This document shows, piece after piece, positions 17,569 through 27,468 of a DNA stretch of 62,157 nt (its first letter is position 1; each line of letters opens with the position of its first letter). The notes below the pieces were generated by a model, which saw only the letters and a list, made by a program, of their open reading frames with translations, was not told the DNA's origin and did not search any database. The stretch spans positions 1 through 62,157 of the IMG/VR virus record IMGVR_UViG_3300027833_000049, one strand, 5' to 3'. This DNA is from a virus (lineage: Duplodnaviria; Caudoviricetes). The position numbers and the translations under genes are program-made.

Positions 17569-18505
17569 AAATGTATTAGTAACTGGCGGCAATGGTTATA
17601 TAGGTCACCAAACTGTTATTCAATTAAAAGAAAATGGCTTCAATCCAATTGTAGTTGATTGGGTAGCAGATGCTGCAAAGACTTCTTATACATATTCATT
17701 CGATGACAATCATGTCCTAGAAATAATGAAAGTACATGAAGTTGAAACCGTTATACATTTTGCGGCTGACCACGAAGTTGGTAGGAGTGTAGAAGAGCCT
17801 TCTGTATTCTACAACAATAATATACTTGCAAGTGTTAAACTCTTAGATAGATGTATACAAGCAGGAGTTAAAAACTTTATTTTTAGTAGCTCTAGTAGTG
17901 TATACGGAGACAACGTAGACTTCCCAACTACTGAAGCAACTATTAAAAATCCTATGTCTCCTTACGGTAGAACTAAGGATATGTTTGAGGAAATACTCAA
18001 AGATTATGAGGCAGCGTATGGCATTAACACACTAGCGTTAAGATATTTCAATGCAGCAGGTGCAGACGTATTAAATAGACATGGGTATGTACAAGAACCA
18101 CAGTCACATCTTTTCCCTATACTTGCTAGATGTTTTGGACGAGAGTTACCTTTTACTGTGTTCGGTAACGACTATGACACTCCTGATGGAACTTGCATTC
18201 GAGACTACACGCATGTATCAGACATCGCCAACGCACACATCTCAGCTATAGACTATTTGAACAGAGAAGGAACTCATAAAGTATTTAATATAGGCAAAGG
18301 CAGTGGCGAGAGCGTTTTAGATGTTATAAATGCTTTCAGTGAATATACAGGAAAAGAAATTCAAGTGAATTACGGTGATAGAAGAGCAGGTGATCCACCT
18401 AAAACTTTTGCTGACATCACTCTGGCTATAAATGAATTGATGTGGGTTCCTAAATATACTCTATCTGATATTGTAGAGCATGCATATAAGTGGGAGAATA
18501 AATAA
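17561..18505 (+). CDS. galE: UDP-glucose 4-epimerase
   Basis: VTGGNGYIG, SSSSSVYG, PYGRTK (YxxxK), LRYFNAAG and DGTCIRDYTHV motifs. Confidence 0.93.
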   Translation: MNKNVLVTGGNGYIGHQTVIQLKENGFNPIVVDWVADAAKTSYTYSFDDNHVLEIMKVHEVETVIHFAADHEVGRSVEEPSVFYNNNILASVKLLDRCIQAGVKNFIFSSSSSVYGDNVDFPTTEATIKNPMSPYGRTKDMFEEILKDYEAAYGINTLALRYFNAAGADVLNRHGYVQEPQSHLFPILARCFGRELPFTVFGNDYDTPDGTCIRDYTHVSDIANAHISAIDYLNREGTHKVFNIGKGSGESVLDVINAFSEYTGKEIQVNYGDRRAGDPPKTFADITLAINELMWVPKYTLSDIVEHAYKWENK

Positions 18506-18948
18506 TGTATTATAGTACTAAGCATTACGATCATAGCATAGGGTTATCAGCCGTATTTCGTCAACCTAACGCAGATCATTCGCATTGCAATTTGTTGCAC
18601 GGGTACAGTCTAGCATTCACGTTTACGTTTGGTTGTAAAGACTTAGACAATAAAAACTGGGCAGTAGATTTCGGCGGGCTGAAGCCATTAAAATCTTGGC
18701 TTGAAGATAACTTTGACCATAAGTTAGTAGTTGACCGAGCTGATCCTCATCTAGCAGATTTATTAGAATTGCAAAAGAAAGGATTGGCTGAGATCAGAGT
18801 AATGACTGGTGTTGGTGCCGAGAAGTTTGCAGAACACTCATTCAACTTTGCGGATAGATTAGTTCGTGAAATGACTGATGATCGCTGCTTCTGTGTAAAA
18901 TCTGAAGTCGCTGAACATGGTTCTAATTCAGCAATCTATGAGGCTTAA
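18505..18948 (+). CDS. queD: 6-carboxytetrahydropterin synthase QueD
   Basis: HCNLLHGY, VDFGGLK and FDH motifs. Confidence 0.88.
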   Translation: MYYSTKHYDHSIGLSAVFRQPNADHSHCNLLHGYSLAFTFTFGCKDLDNKNWAVDFGGLKPLKSWLEDNFDHKLVVDRADPHLADLLELQKKGLAEIRVMTGVGAEKFAEHSFNFADRLVREMTDDRCFCVKSEVAEHGSNSAIYEA

Positions 18949-18950
18949 TC

Positions 18951-20012
18951 TTGAAATTTGCAATGGTAACAGACTTGCATTTCGGTGCAAGAAGTGATTC
19001 AGTAGCATTTGATGCACACTTTAGAAAGTTCTATGAAGAGGTATTTTTCCCAGAGCTTATAGAGCAAGGAATAAAAACTGTATTTGATCTAGGTGATACC
19101 TTTGATCGTAGAAAGTATATCAACTATAATACTTTAAAAAGTTGTAAAGAGTATTTCTTTGACCGCTTGCAAGAACTAGATATTGACTTGCATATGATTC
19201 CTGGCAACCATGATACATATTTTAAAAACACAAATGATGTAAACTCCCCTGATCTTTTGTTGCGGGACTATACTAATATTGCCCTTTATCAGAAAGTCAC
19301 TGAAATTAAGATGGGTGAAAGCACAGTAATGTTTGTGCCTTGGATATGTAATGAAAACTATGAAGAGTCATTTGAAATTATATCTAAATCAAAAGCTGAC
19401 ATATGCCTGGGACACTTTGAGTTCTCTGGTTATGACATGTATCGTGGATCCCCTAATCCTCACGGTATGGATCCTGGCATGTTTAAGCATCTGCCTATGG
19501 TGGTCAGCGGTCACTTTCATCACCGTCATACTAAGGGTAATATTACTTACATGGGCAACCCTTACGAGATAACTTGGTCAGACTATGATGACCCTAGAGG
19601 ATTCGCAATATATGATACACAAAAGAAAGAGCTTAATTACGTTAATAACCCAAATAGAATATTCCACAAAATCTATTATGATGACACCGATACCGGATCT
19701 TTTTCTGGTGATTTTGTTTACGATTTTAACTCAGTCAGAGATGGTTGTGTAAAAGTAATAGTATCTAAGAAAACTGATTTTGCTAAGTTTGATGCCTTTA
19801 TAGATAACTTGTATCAGTGTAATTTAATTGAACTTAAAATCATTGAAGATTTATCTGAATTTGAAGATGAAGCAATCGGTGAGGACGTAGACTTAGAAGA
19901 TACTATGTCATTGCTTAAAGAATATGTTGACGGTATTGAAGTAAGTGTTGATAAAGAAAAACTCAAGACACTACTCCAAACGCTGTATGTTGAAGCACAG
20001 GATGATGCATGA
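18951..20012 (+). CDS. gp47: Recombination nuclease gp47 (Mre11/SbcD-like)
   Basis: TDLHFG, LGDTFD, PGNHD and SGHFH phosphoesterase motifs. Confidence 0.95.
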   Translation: MKFAMVTDLHFGARSDSVAFDAHFRKFYEEVFFPELIEQGIKTVFDLGDTFDRRKYINYNTLKSCKEYFFDRLQELDIDLHMIPGNHDTYFKNTNDVNSPDLLLRDYTNIALYQKVTEIKMGESTVMFVPWICNENYEESFEIISKSKADICLGHFEFSGYDMYRGSPNPHGMDPGMFKHLPMVVSGHFHHRHTKGNITYMGNPYEITWSDYDDPRGFAIYDTQKKELNYVNNPNRIFHKIYYDDTDTGSFSGDFVYDFNSVRDGCVKVIVSKKTDFAKFDAFIDNLYQCNLIELKIIEDLSEFEDEAIGEDVDLEDTMSLLKEYVDGIEVSVDKEKLKTLLQTLYVEAQDDA

Positions 20013-21679
20013 TAATCTTTAAAACTATCCGATGGAAGAACTTCCTATCAACTGGAAATGCTTTCACAGAAATGCAGTTAGATAGAAATACTAGCACTCT
20101 TATTATAGGCGACAATGGATCAGGTAAATCTACCTTGCTTGATGCCATAACTTTTGCTTTGTTCAATAAGCCTTTTAGAAATATATCAAAGCCTCAGCTT
20201 ATAAACACCATCAATCGTAAAAAGATGGTAGTTGAAGTCGAGTTCAATATAGGATCTAAAAAATACATTATTAGACGAGGCAGTCAGCCTAGTATATTTG
20301 ACATAGAGATTGATGGTGTCCTAGTAGATCAAAATGCTAATATACGAGACTATCAACGTCACTTAGAAGAAAACATTCTAAAACTAAACTACAAGTCATT
20401 CACACAGATTGTTATTCTAGGTAGTGCATCCTTCACACCTTTTATGCAGTTGACTCCTAATATTCGCCGTGAAATTATTGAAGATATTTTAGACATCCGA
20501 ATCTTTACTACAATGAAAGATGCACTAAAAGTTAAAATGAACGAATTGAAAGACAAGTTACGGACACTTGAAGGTGAGTTGACAGTAACCAAAGAAAAGG
20601 CAAATTTGCAAAAGAAATATATTGATACCCTTGAAAATGATAAGCAAGAGCGTGTCGATAAAATAGTGAATGAGATTTCTGATATAGAAGCTACTATTAC
20701 CTCTCTTCTTGGTCAAGTTGCTATTGATATTGAAGTTAAAAATGAATACGGTGATATAGAGGCAAATCGTAAAAAGTTAGAAAACTTTAAGATGGAGTTT
20801 ACTCGCAAGATTAAAGAACAAAAAGCAGCCCTTTCTTTTTATGCTGACCACGATGACTGTCCTACTTGCAAACAGGGAATACCTCACGAGTTTAAAGAAA
20901 CGATTACTACTGAAAAAGAAACGAAGATATCTGAATTGGAAGTCGCTAATACAGAACTAGTGGTTCAGTGGGAATCTCTTGATAAAAATTACGAAGAGTA
21001 TTTAAATCTACAACAAAAAATAGTAGACACTAATAATACTATCATGTCCACACAAACTCTTCTACAAAGATTGGTTGTAGAGAAGTCAGAGGTAGAAAAT
21101 AAAGTAGGGGACATTGAGAAAGAAACTCTAGCACTCAAAGAAGTTGCTAAAGATTTAATATCTAAAACCAATGAAAGGACTGATATTAAAGAAGAACAAG
21201 AGTATCATACTATAGCAGAATCTCTGTTAAAAGATTCAGGTATTAAAACAAAGATTATTAGACAATATTTGCCTGTGATAAATAAATTAGTAAACAAGTA
21301 TTTAAAGTCGATGGATTTCTTTGTACAGTTTGATCTTGATGAAACGTTCAAAGAGACTATTAAGTCCAGGCATCGAGATAAGTTTACATATGCTTCATTC
21401 AGTGAAGGAGAAAAGCAGCGTATTGATTTAGCACTAGTATTCACTTGGCGAACCATTGCTAAGATGAAGAATAGCGCCAGTACGAACTTACTTCTTTTAG
21501 ATGAAGTGTTTGACAGTTCTCTAGATGTAAATGGAACTGACTATGTAATGCAGCTTCTAAATACTATAGGTGATGATGCAAATGTATTTGTGATCTCACA
21601 TAAATCAGATCAGCTATTTGATAAGTTTAGAAGTGTGGTTAAATTTGAAAAGAAAAATAACTATTCGGTGATGACATAA
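20009..21679 (+). CDS. gp46: Recombination ATPase gp46 (Rad50/SbcC-like)
   Basis: GDNGSGKST, CPTC zinc hook, FSEGEKQRIDL and LLDEVFD motifs. Confidence 0.96.
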   Translation: MIIFKTIRWKNFLSTGNAFTEMQLDRNTSTLIIGDNGSGKSTLLDAITFALFNKPFRNISKPQLINTINRKKMVVEVEFNIGSKKYIIRRGSQPSIFDIEIDGVLVDQNANIRDYQRHLEENILKLNYKSFTQIVILGSASFTPFMQLTPNIRREIIEDILDIRIFTTMKDALKVKMNELKDKLRTLEGELTVTKEKANLQKKYIDTLENDKQERVDKIVNEISDIEATITSLLGQVAIDIEVKNEYGDIEANRKKLENFKMEFTRKIKEQKAALSFYADHDDCPTCKQGIPHEFKETITTEKETKISELEVANTELVVQWESLDKNYEEYLNLQQKIVDTNNTIMSTQTLLQRLVVEKSEVENKVGDIEKETLALKEVAKDLISKTNERTDIKEEQEYHTIAESLLKDSGIKTKIIRQYLPVINKLVNKYLKSMDFFVQFDLDETFKETIKSRHRDKFTYASFSEGEKQRIDLALVFTWRTIAKMKNSASTNLLLLDEVFDSSLDVNGTDYVMQLLNTIGDDANVFVISHKSDQLFDKFRSVVKFEKKNNYSVMT

Positions 21680-22194
21680 TGGAAGATTTAGAATTAATAC
21701 CCTTTGCTGATCCTTTACTAAAAAAGGCTCCTGAACTTTTTGATTTTGAAAAAGAAGATGCCAAAGAAATTAGTGAAAGATTATTTATTGCAATGAAAAA
21801 ATGTGGTGGTATTGGTATATCAGCTAATCAAGTAGGCTTGGACATGAGAGTGTTCGTAGTCGGCAACGTTGAGGGTATGCAAGAAAAAGCAGTTTTCAAC
21901 CCAGAGCTGCTTTCAGTAGGAGCTCAAACAATTCCTATGCGAGAAGGATGTTTGTCTTATCCTGGTCTATGGTTGATGATTAGAAGACCTGTATCTTGTG
22001 TGCTAAAATATATGAATGAGGAAGGTGAAGAACTAGTAGAAGAGTTTGGTGGAGTACCAGCTCGTGTAATTCTGCATGAGTTCGATCATATGGTAGGACA
22101 AAACTTTACTATGAGAGCATCGTCTTTAAAAATAAATCGAGCTTTGAAAAGCTTAGATAAGAAAGTAAAAGCATACAGAAGGGGAACTGCATAA
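21679..22194 (+). CDS. def: Peptide deformylase
   Basis: GIGISANQ, EGCLS and HEFDH motifs. Confidence 0.92.
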   Translation: MEDLELIPFADPLLKKAPELFDFEKEDAKEISERLFIAMKKCGGIGISANQVGLDMRVFVVGNVEGMQEKAVFNPELLSVGAQTIPMREGCLSYPGLWLMIRRPVSCVLKYMNEEGEELVEEFGGVPARVILHEFDHMVGQNFTMRASSLKINRALKSLDKKVKAYRRGTA

Positions 22195-22562
22195 TGTCAG
22201 ATGATTGGGATTTTGGATTCACTGCCGTCGATGATATGCCGCAGACTAATTTAGAACCGGCAGAGCCTGTTGTAGCACATGTTGATGACGCACAGATACA
22301 AACCCTAGTCGATAAGATGGACAGATTAGAAGCTCTCATCATCACTTCGGATTCATCCTCTATGGTCAATGAGCATAGAGAGTTAGTACAGCAAGACGTT
22401 GTTGCAAAACTGAAGCAAGTAGAGGATCTTATCTTACCTTTGCTATTCAATCTTCAAAAGAACGCAGACAAAGATTATATACATTGGCCTGGAAGAGTGG
22501 CTATTATTGACAAGCAGATTGAGAAAATCAAAGCGGTCACACGGTATTACGATAACATATAA
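22194..22562 (+). CDS. Hypothetical protein
   Basis: DFGFTAVD...ILPLLFNL...YIHWPGR; translationally coupled to def. Confidence 0.7.
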   Translation: MSDDWDFGFTAVDDMPQTNLEPAEPVVAHVDDAQIQTLVDKMDRLEALIITSDSSSMVNEHRELVQQDVVAKLKQVEDLILPLLFNLQKNADKDYIHWPGRVAIIDKQIEKIKAVTRYYDNI

Positions 22563-22600
22563 TAAGGTTTTTGAACGATAATATAATAATGGAGTATAGT

Positions 22601-23236
22601 ATGGCTAAAGCATCTAAAGATCGGGAGTTTGATGTCTCCCCCGTAGTAAGAGGTGTATTCAATCGTCCTACAGGACAGATACTAGACTTTTATTTAAATA
22701 GTGCAATTGGTAATCCAGAAGAATATTCTGAATGGACTCAGATATTGAGGTCCTCTACTGAGCAAGATGTGGTGTATTTGCATATTAACTGTTACGGTGG
22801 TCAAGCACTAACAGCAGTTCAGTTGATGAGAGCAATGTCTGAATCTAGAGCCACCATTGTTGCGTCAGTAGAAGGAGCCTGCATGTCAGCAGCTACTTTC
22901 ATCTTCTTGATGGCAGACGTATGTGAGATTTCAGACCATAGTATCTTTATGTTCCACAATTTCTCAGGCGGCACCATAGGCAAGGGCAATGAGATGTTAG
23001 CTCAGGTTCATCACAATGACAAGTGGGCTAGAGGGCTAATGGATAGTGTGTATAAAGACTTCTTTACAGATGATGAAATAGAGAGTATACTAGAGGGTAA
23101 AGACTATTGGTTATCACCAGAAGAAGTTACCGAGAGACTTAAAAAGCGTAATAATAAGTTGGAAAAACAAGCAAAAACTGCCCAAAATGCAGCGGAAAAG
23201 GCAGAAAAAGCTGTTAAAAAATCAAAAAAATCGTAA
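22601..23236 (+). CDS. ClpP-family serine protease
   Basis: LHINCYGG, GACMSAAT (Ser), FMFH (His) and DYWLSPEE (Asp). Confidence 0.8.
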   Translation: MAKASKDREFDVSPVVRGVFNRPTGQILDFYLNSAIGNPEEYSEWTQILRSSTEQDVVYLHINCYGGQALTAVQLMRAMSESRATIVASVEGACMSAATFIFLMADVCEISDHSIFMFHNFSGGTIGKGNEMLAQVHHNDKWARGLMDSVYKDFFTDDEIESILEGKDYWLSPEEVTERLKKRNNKLEKQAKTAQNAAEKAEKAVKKSKKS

Positions 23237-23304
23237 GTCATTGATTACTATAGCATTATTAGCGTAACTTAATGCTTGACATCCTCACAACCTATTGCTA
23301 TAAT
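23234..23304 (+). promoter_or_regulatory. Early sigma70 promoter with upstream IHF-like box
   Basis: TAAGTCATTGATT at 23234-23246; TTGACA(23276)-17-TATAAT(23299). Confidence 0.8.
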
Positions 23305-23340
23305 AGTTGTAAGAATTGAGAAAAGGTTGTGAGGACCGTC

Positions 23341-25548
23341 ATGAAAATAGAATCTAAGTCAATACTAGCCAAGTTGCTTGCTACTGAAAATATTTCAGTT
23401 CAGCAGCAAAATATCCCTACGGCTGCATTCGATCCAACGAATCGTGTTTTATATATCCCTAACTGGAAAGATATGTCTATCTCTCTCCAGGATCTTCTTA
23501 TCGGCCATGAAGTTGGTCATGCATTTGAGACACCTGCTGAAGGTTGGCACGATGCAATATGTGAAGATAAGACACTCAAGCCTTTCCTGAACATTGTCGA
23601 AGATGCCCGCATCGAACGCAAAATCAAATCACGATACCCAGGGCTTGTTCGTTCATTCTACTCGGCTTATCGTGAATTGTTTGAGCGTGATTTCTTCGGT
23701 GTCAAGGATATAGATACAAATGCTCTTCCTCTTATTGACCGTATCAACCTACACTTTAAAGTAGGCACTCATCTCAATTTACAGTTTAGCGACAGTGAAC
23801 AATCTTTTGTTGACCGTTGTGCTAATACTGAAACTTGGGAAGATGTTGAGGCTTTAGCCCGTGAACTTCATGGCAAAGCGTCGGAAGAAGTTCAGACCGA
23901 TATTGACAATCTTATGGAGCAATTCGGTTCAGATGATGATGACGATTCAGATGTAGATATGTCCTCTGATATGGATATGGATGGAGAGGAGGCTGATGAT
24001 GCTGACGCAGAAGGTGAAGGTACTGCTCCTGGTCAGGGTCTTGACTCGGATGAAGAGGAACAAGATGCGTTTGATGAACTCTTCGGAGATGACGAGGAAG
24101 ATCAACTTCCAACGCCTATCCGAGAATTTGTTGATACTAATGAGCCAGGCTCCATCACAGATAAAGTTTTCCGTGAAATGGAATCAAGTCTAGTAGATAC
24201 CGCTGAACAAAAGAAAAAGTTATATGTAAACATTCCTAAAGTGGATTTGAATAGAGTTATCACACCTGCAAAGGACGTTTACAAGTTATCTGACATCACA
24301 TTGCGTTTTGCTCGCAATGGTGAAACAGTAGAAGACATGGCAAAAACTTTATACAAAGAGTTTTTGGCCAAGAACACTAAGACTGTCAATCAGATGGCTG
24401 CTAATTTTGAGATGAAACGCAAAGCCTCGTTATACATCAAGGCAAAGACTGCTAAAACCGGCGAGCTAAATGACAAAAAGCTGTGGTCATACAAGACTTC
24501 AGACGATTTGTTCAAGCAAATCACTTCAGTTCCAGACGGCAAAAATCACGGCATGATTATGTATCTTGATATGTCTGGATCTATGTTCCGTAACATGTCA
24601 GGTACTATTGATCAACTAATTAACCTTAGCATGTTTTGTCGTAAAGTAAACATTCCTTTTGAAGTTTACGGATTTACTTCTACCGATACATACTATGGGC
24701 AACGACCTGTATGCACTCAAGAAAAAGTTTTGGGTGATCTTTCAATTCAAGATGCTAAGGTTGTTCATTTGCTTTCATCGTCATTCAACAAGCGACAAAA
24801 CGAAGAAGCCTACAAGTATCTGCTAGTTTGGAAACAGTCGTTTTACAATCGTTTGAACCGTGAAGGTTGTTCAATCGAAATGAACAACCCTGCTATGGAT
24901 ATGATTGCTACTCCTCTCAATGCTACTATTGCTATTGGTATAGAGATTGCAAAGAAATTCCGTGAGGCGCACAAGGTTGAAATTCTCAATACAATCTATC
25001 TGACAGATGGTGGTGCAACCGATTATGTTGAATCTTTTCAAGAAGCCAAGTGGCGTGATGAAGATGATCTGTATCCAGGCAAGCCTGGACATCAAGAGGC
25101 ACCTGTTTTCACATATGGATCAGCGTCATATCCTTTGGTCGGTGGTTATGTTTTCAAAAACGTTGCAGCCACCGTCACTTTATTAGAGATTTATAAAGAG
25201 ATCACAGGATCTAAGGTTATTAACTTTCATCTGTTGGATCGCTGGACACCTGCAGAGTTGTCAAACTGTGATGACTACGCTAAGGCAGGTAATCATAATT
25301 TTTGTTATGACGGATGGGACAAGCTAATAAAGTCACAGAAGTCTTCTGGTGTCATCGAAGTAAAAGATTTTAAAGGCTTTGATGTTCGTTACCTTGTTAA
25401 GGGAGGTAAGTCATTAAACTTACAAGACAGCGACCTCGAGGTCAAGTCTAACACTAGGGGTGATCTGCTCAAAGGATTCCGGAAATTTGCTTCAAATAAG
25501 TCTCAAAGTCGAGTATTTGTGCAAAAATTCATTCCTCAGGTAGCGTAA
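23341..25548 (+). CDS. CobT-like metallopeptidase-VWA protein
   Basis: HEVGH and NIVEDARIE; acidic linker; MIDAS motif DMSGSM, TPL and LTDG. Confidence 0.85.
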   Translation: MKIESKSILAKLLATENISVQQQNIPTAAFDPTNRVLYIPNWKDMSISLQDLLIGHEVGHAFETPAEGWHDAICEDKTLKPFLNIVEDARIERKIKSRYPGLVRSFYSAYRELFERDFFGVKDIDTNALPLIDRINLHFKVGTHLNLQFSDSEQSFVDRCANTETWEDVEALARELHGKASEEVQTDIDNLMEQFGSDDDDDSDVDMSSDMDMDGEEADDADAEGEGTAPGQGLDSDEEEQDAFDELFGDDEEDQLPTPIREFVDTNEPGSITDKVFREMESSLVDTAEQKKKLYVNIPKVDLNRVITPAKDVYKLSDITLRFARNGETVEDMAKTLYKEFLAKNTKTVNQMAANFEMKRKASLYIKAKTAKTGELNDKKLWSYKTSDDLFKQITSVPDGKNHGMIMYLDMSGSMFRNMSGTIDQLINLSMFCRKVNIPFEVYGFTSTDTYYGQRPVCTQEKVLGDLSIQDAKVVHLLSSSFNKRQNEEAYKYLLVWKQSFYNRLNREGCSIEMNNPAMDMIATPLNATIAIGIEIAKKFREAHKVEILNTIYLTDGGATDYVESFQEAKWRDEDDLYPGKPGHQEAPVFTYGSASYPLVGGYVFKNVAATVTLLEIYKEITGSKVINFHLLDRWTPAELSNCDDYAKAGNHNFCYDGWDKLIKSQKSSGVIEVKDFKGFDVRYLVKGGKSLNLQDSDLEVKSNTRGDLLKGFRKFASNKSQSRVFVQKFIPQVA

Positions 25549-25616
25549 GTGATTGATTTCTATTCGGAAAATAAGTTAAATAAAGGCTTGACAATATACG
25601 TTATTATCGTTATAAT
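25546..25616 (+). promoter_or_regulatory. Early sigma70 promoter with upstream IHF-like box
   Basis: TAAGTGATTGATT at 25546-25558; TTGACA(25588)-17-TATAAT(25611). Confidence 0.8.
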
Positions 25617-25673
25617 GTATACATAAACTGAAAAAACAAACTATTTTTAACTATGACTGTGAGGGTCTATATT

Positions 25674-26828
25674 ATGAATAACACTAAAGAAACGCTAATC
25701 AACAATCTCCGTTCGTTCGCAGACGATAATTCATATGTGAGCCGCAAGTGCATTATCCGTGAAGCTAAGGCTCTCGGTATCAATCATCCGAGCTTCCTTC
25801 TTAAAGATAACTTTAAGGTTGAGTCAGGTGTATATAATCTGACCGAGATGTTCAGCGGTGTACAATCAATCTCTGCTCCAAAAGCACCTAGGGTCGTAGT
25901 CGATAATACTACACCGGTAGCTAAAAAAGTTACACAGGCTAAACTTGATATGGAAATACAAAACTTGATTCCTGCAAAGGATTCAACCTTTGTTCCCTTT
26001 GGCTTCTACACGGATCTAAAAAAGATTCTAACAGCCAAAATCTTTTACCCTGTATTCATTAGTGGTCTGTCAGGTAACGGCAAGACTACAATGGTAGAAC
26101 AAATTTGTGCGAATCTCAAGCGTGAGGCAATTCGTGTTAATATTAGTGTTGAAACCGACGAGGATGATTTAATCGGTGGCAACACACTAGTTGATGGTAA
26201 CGTAGTCTATCGAGAAGGGCCCGTCCTCACCGCTATGAAGCGGGGCGCAGTTCTCATTTTAGATGAAGTAGATCGTGGATCGAATAAGCTGATGTGTCTC
26301 CAAGCTGTCCTCGAGGGTAAGTCCTACTTCAATAAAAAGACTGGCGAAACCATAACTCCTGCTAGCGGATTTACAATCATGGCAACGGCTAATACAAAAG
26401 GTCGTGGCTCTGATGATGGTAAATTTATTAGCGCCCAGTTACTTGACGAGGCTTTCTTGGAGAGATTTGCCATCACCGTTGAGCAGGAGTACCCTACAAT
26501 GTCAGTTGAGAAGAAGATTGTTCTCAACAAGATGGAACGTGCAGGGTGTGTCGATGAGGAATTTGCTACACACCTCGTCACATGGTCTGATGTTATCCGT
26601 AAGACCTTTAATGAAGGTGCTATTGATGAACTCGTCAGCACTCGAAGGCTGGAACATATTGTGAATGCTTATGCTGTTTTTAAGAACAAGCTCAAAGCAA
26701 TCACACTGTGTACAAATCGCTTTGATGAGGACACTAAGCAAGCCTTCATCGATTTGTACACTAAGGTGGATCCTTCTAACGAGCAGGATGATGTCTCGGA
26801 AGAAACTACAAATGATGTCAGCTTTTAG
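25674..26828 (+). CDS. cobS: CobS-like MoxR-family AAA+ ATPase
   Basis: GLSGNGKT, LILDEVD, ATANTKG and LDEAFLERF motifs; partner of the upstream VWA protein. Confidence 0.88.
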   Translation: MNNTKETLINNLRSFADDNSYVSRKCIIREAKALGINHPSFLLKDNFKVESGVYNLTEMFSGVQSISAPKAPRVVVDNTTPVAKKVTQAKLDMEIQNLIPAKDSTFVPFGFYTDLKKILTAKIFYPVFISGLSGNGKTTMVEQICANLKREAIRVNISVETDEDDLIGGNTLVDGNVVYREGPVLTAMKRGAVLILDEVDRGSNKLMCLQAVLEGKSYFNKKTGETITPASGFTIMATANTKGRGSDDGKFISAQLLDEAFLERFAITVEQEYPTMSVEKKIVLNKMERAGCVDEEFATHLVTWSDVIRKTFNEGAIDELVSTRRLEHIVNAYAVFKNKLKAITLCTNRFDEDTKQAFIDLYTKVDPSNEQDDVSEETTNDVSF

Positions 26829-26831
26829 GGA

Positions 26832-26860
26832 TTGACATCATCACAAAACTTTGTTATACT
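26832..26860 (+). promoter_or_regulatory. Sigma70-type promoter for the endonuclease/methyltransferase pair
   Basis: TTGACA-17-TATACT with TGn. Confidence 0.7.
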
Positions 26861-26889
26861 ATATTTTTATTAGTGAGGACTATTAAAAA

Positions 26890-27468
26890 ATGAAATATAA
26901 AATAAATTCTACAACTGCACAAAAAGAAATTAGTTCTTTTATTAACAAAAATTTAAATGATCCATGGGAAGGCACCGTGCTTGCAAACTACAAGTTTGTC
27001 AACAACAAGCAAAAAGGTGCTATGGGCGAGATGATTGTGGAAGTATTGACGAAAGAACTTGGTTCCATAGTGAAATCTGCTGAGAACGGAACTGCTCCAT
27101 ATGATCGCATTATTGATGGTTATAAGACTGAAATAAAATTTAGTGCTGCTCACAGCGACAACAGTAAAACAGATCCTGCACTCAAACGAGATAAAGAAGG
27201 TCGCTGTTATTGGGCTATTAATCATGTTGGAATAAACAAAGGCTGGGATCGTCTTATATTTTGTGGTGCGGATTTAGTTGATGGTGATGTAGCCTTTACT
27301 ATGATGTGGTGCACAAAACAAGATTTTAAAGAGTGTGTAGATGACGGAGAATTTTTCAGGCGGCAGCAAGGCGGAAAAGATGGTGGTAATGATGATTATA
27401 TTTGTGCTGGAACTAAGCCTGTAGACTGGACAAAATCAAAGTTTGTGAGGAGTATAGCAGAATGGTAG
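26890..27468 (+). CDS. Putative PD-(D/E)xK restriction-like endonuclease
   Basis: KGAMGE...YDRIIDGYKTEIK pattern; coupled to a methyltransferase. Confidence 0.6.
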   Translation: MKYKINSTTAQKEISSFINKNLNDPWEGTVLANYKFVNNKQKGAMGEMIVEVLTKELGSIVKSAENGTAPYDRIIDGYKTEIKFSAAHSDNSKTDPALKRDKEGRCYWAINHVGINKGWDRLIFCGADLVDGDVAFTMMWCTKQDFKECVDDGEFFRRQQGGKDGGNDDYICAGTKPVDWTKSKFVRSIAEW

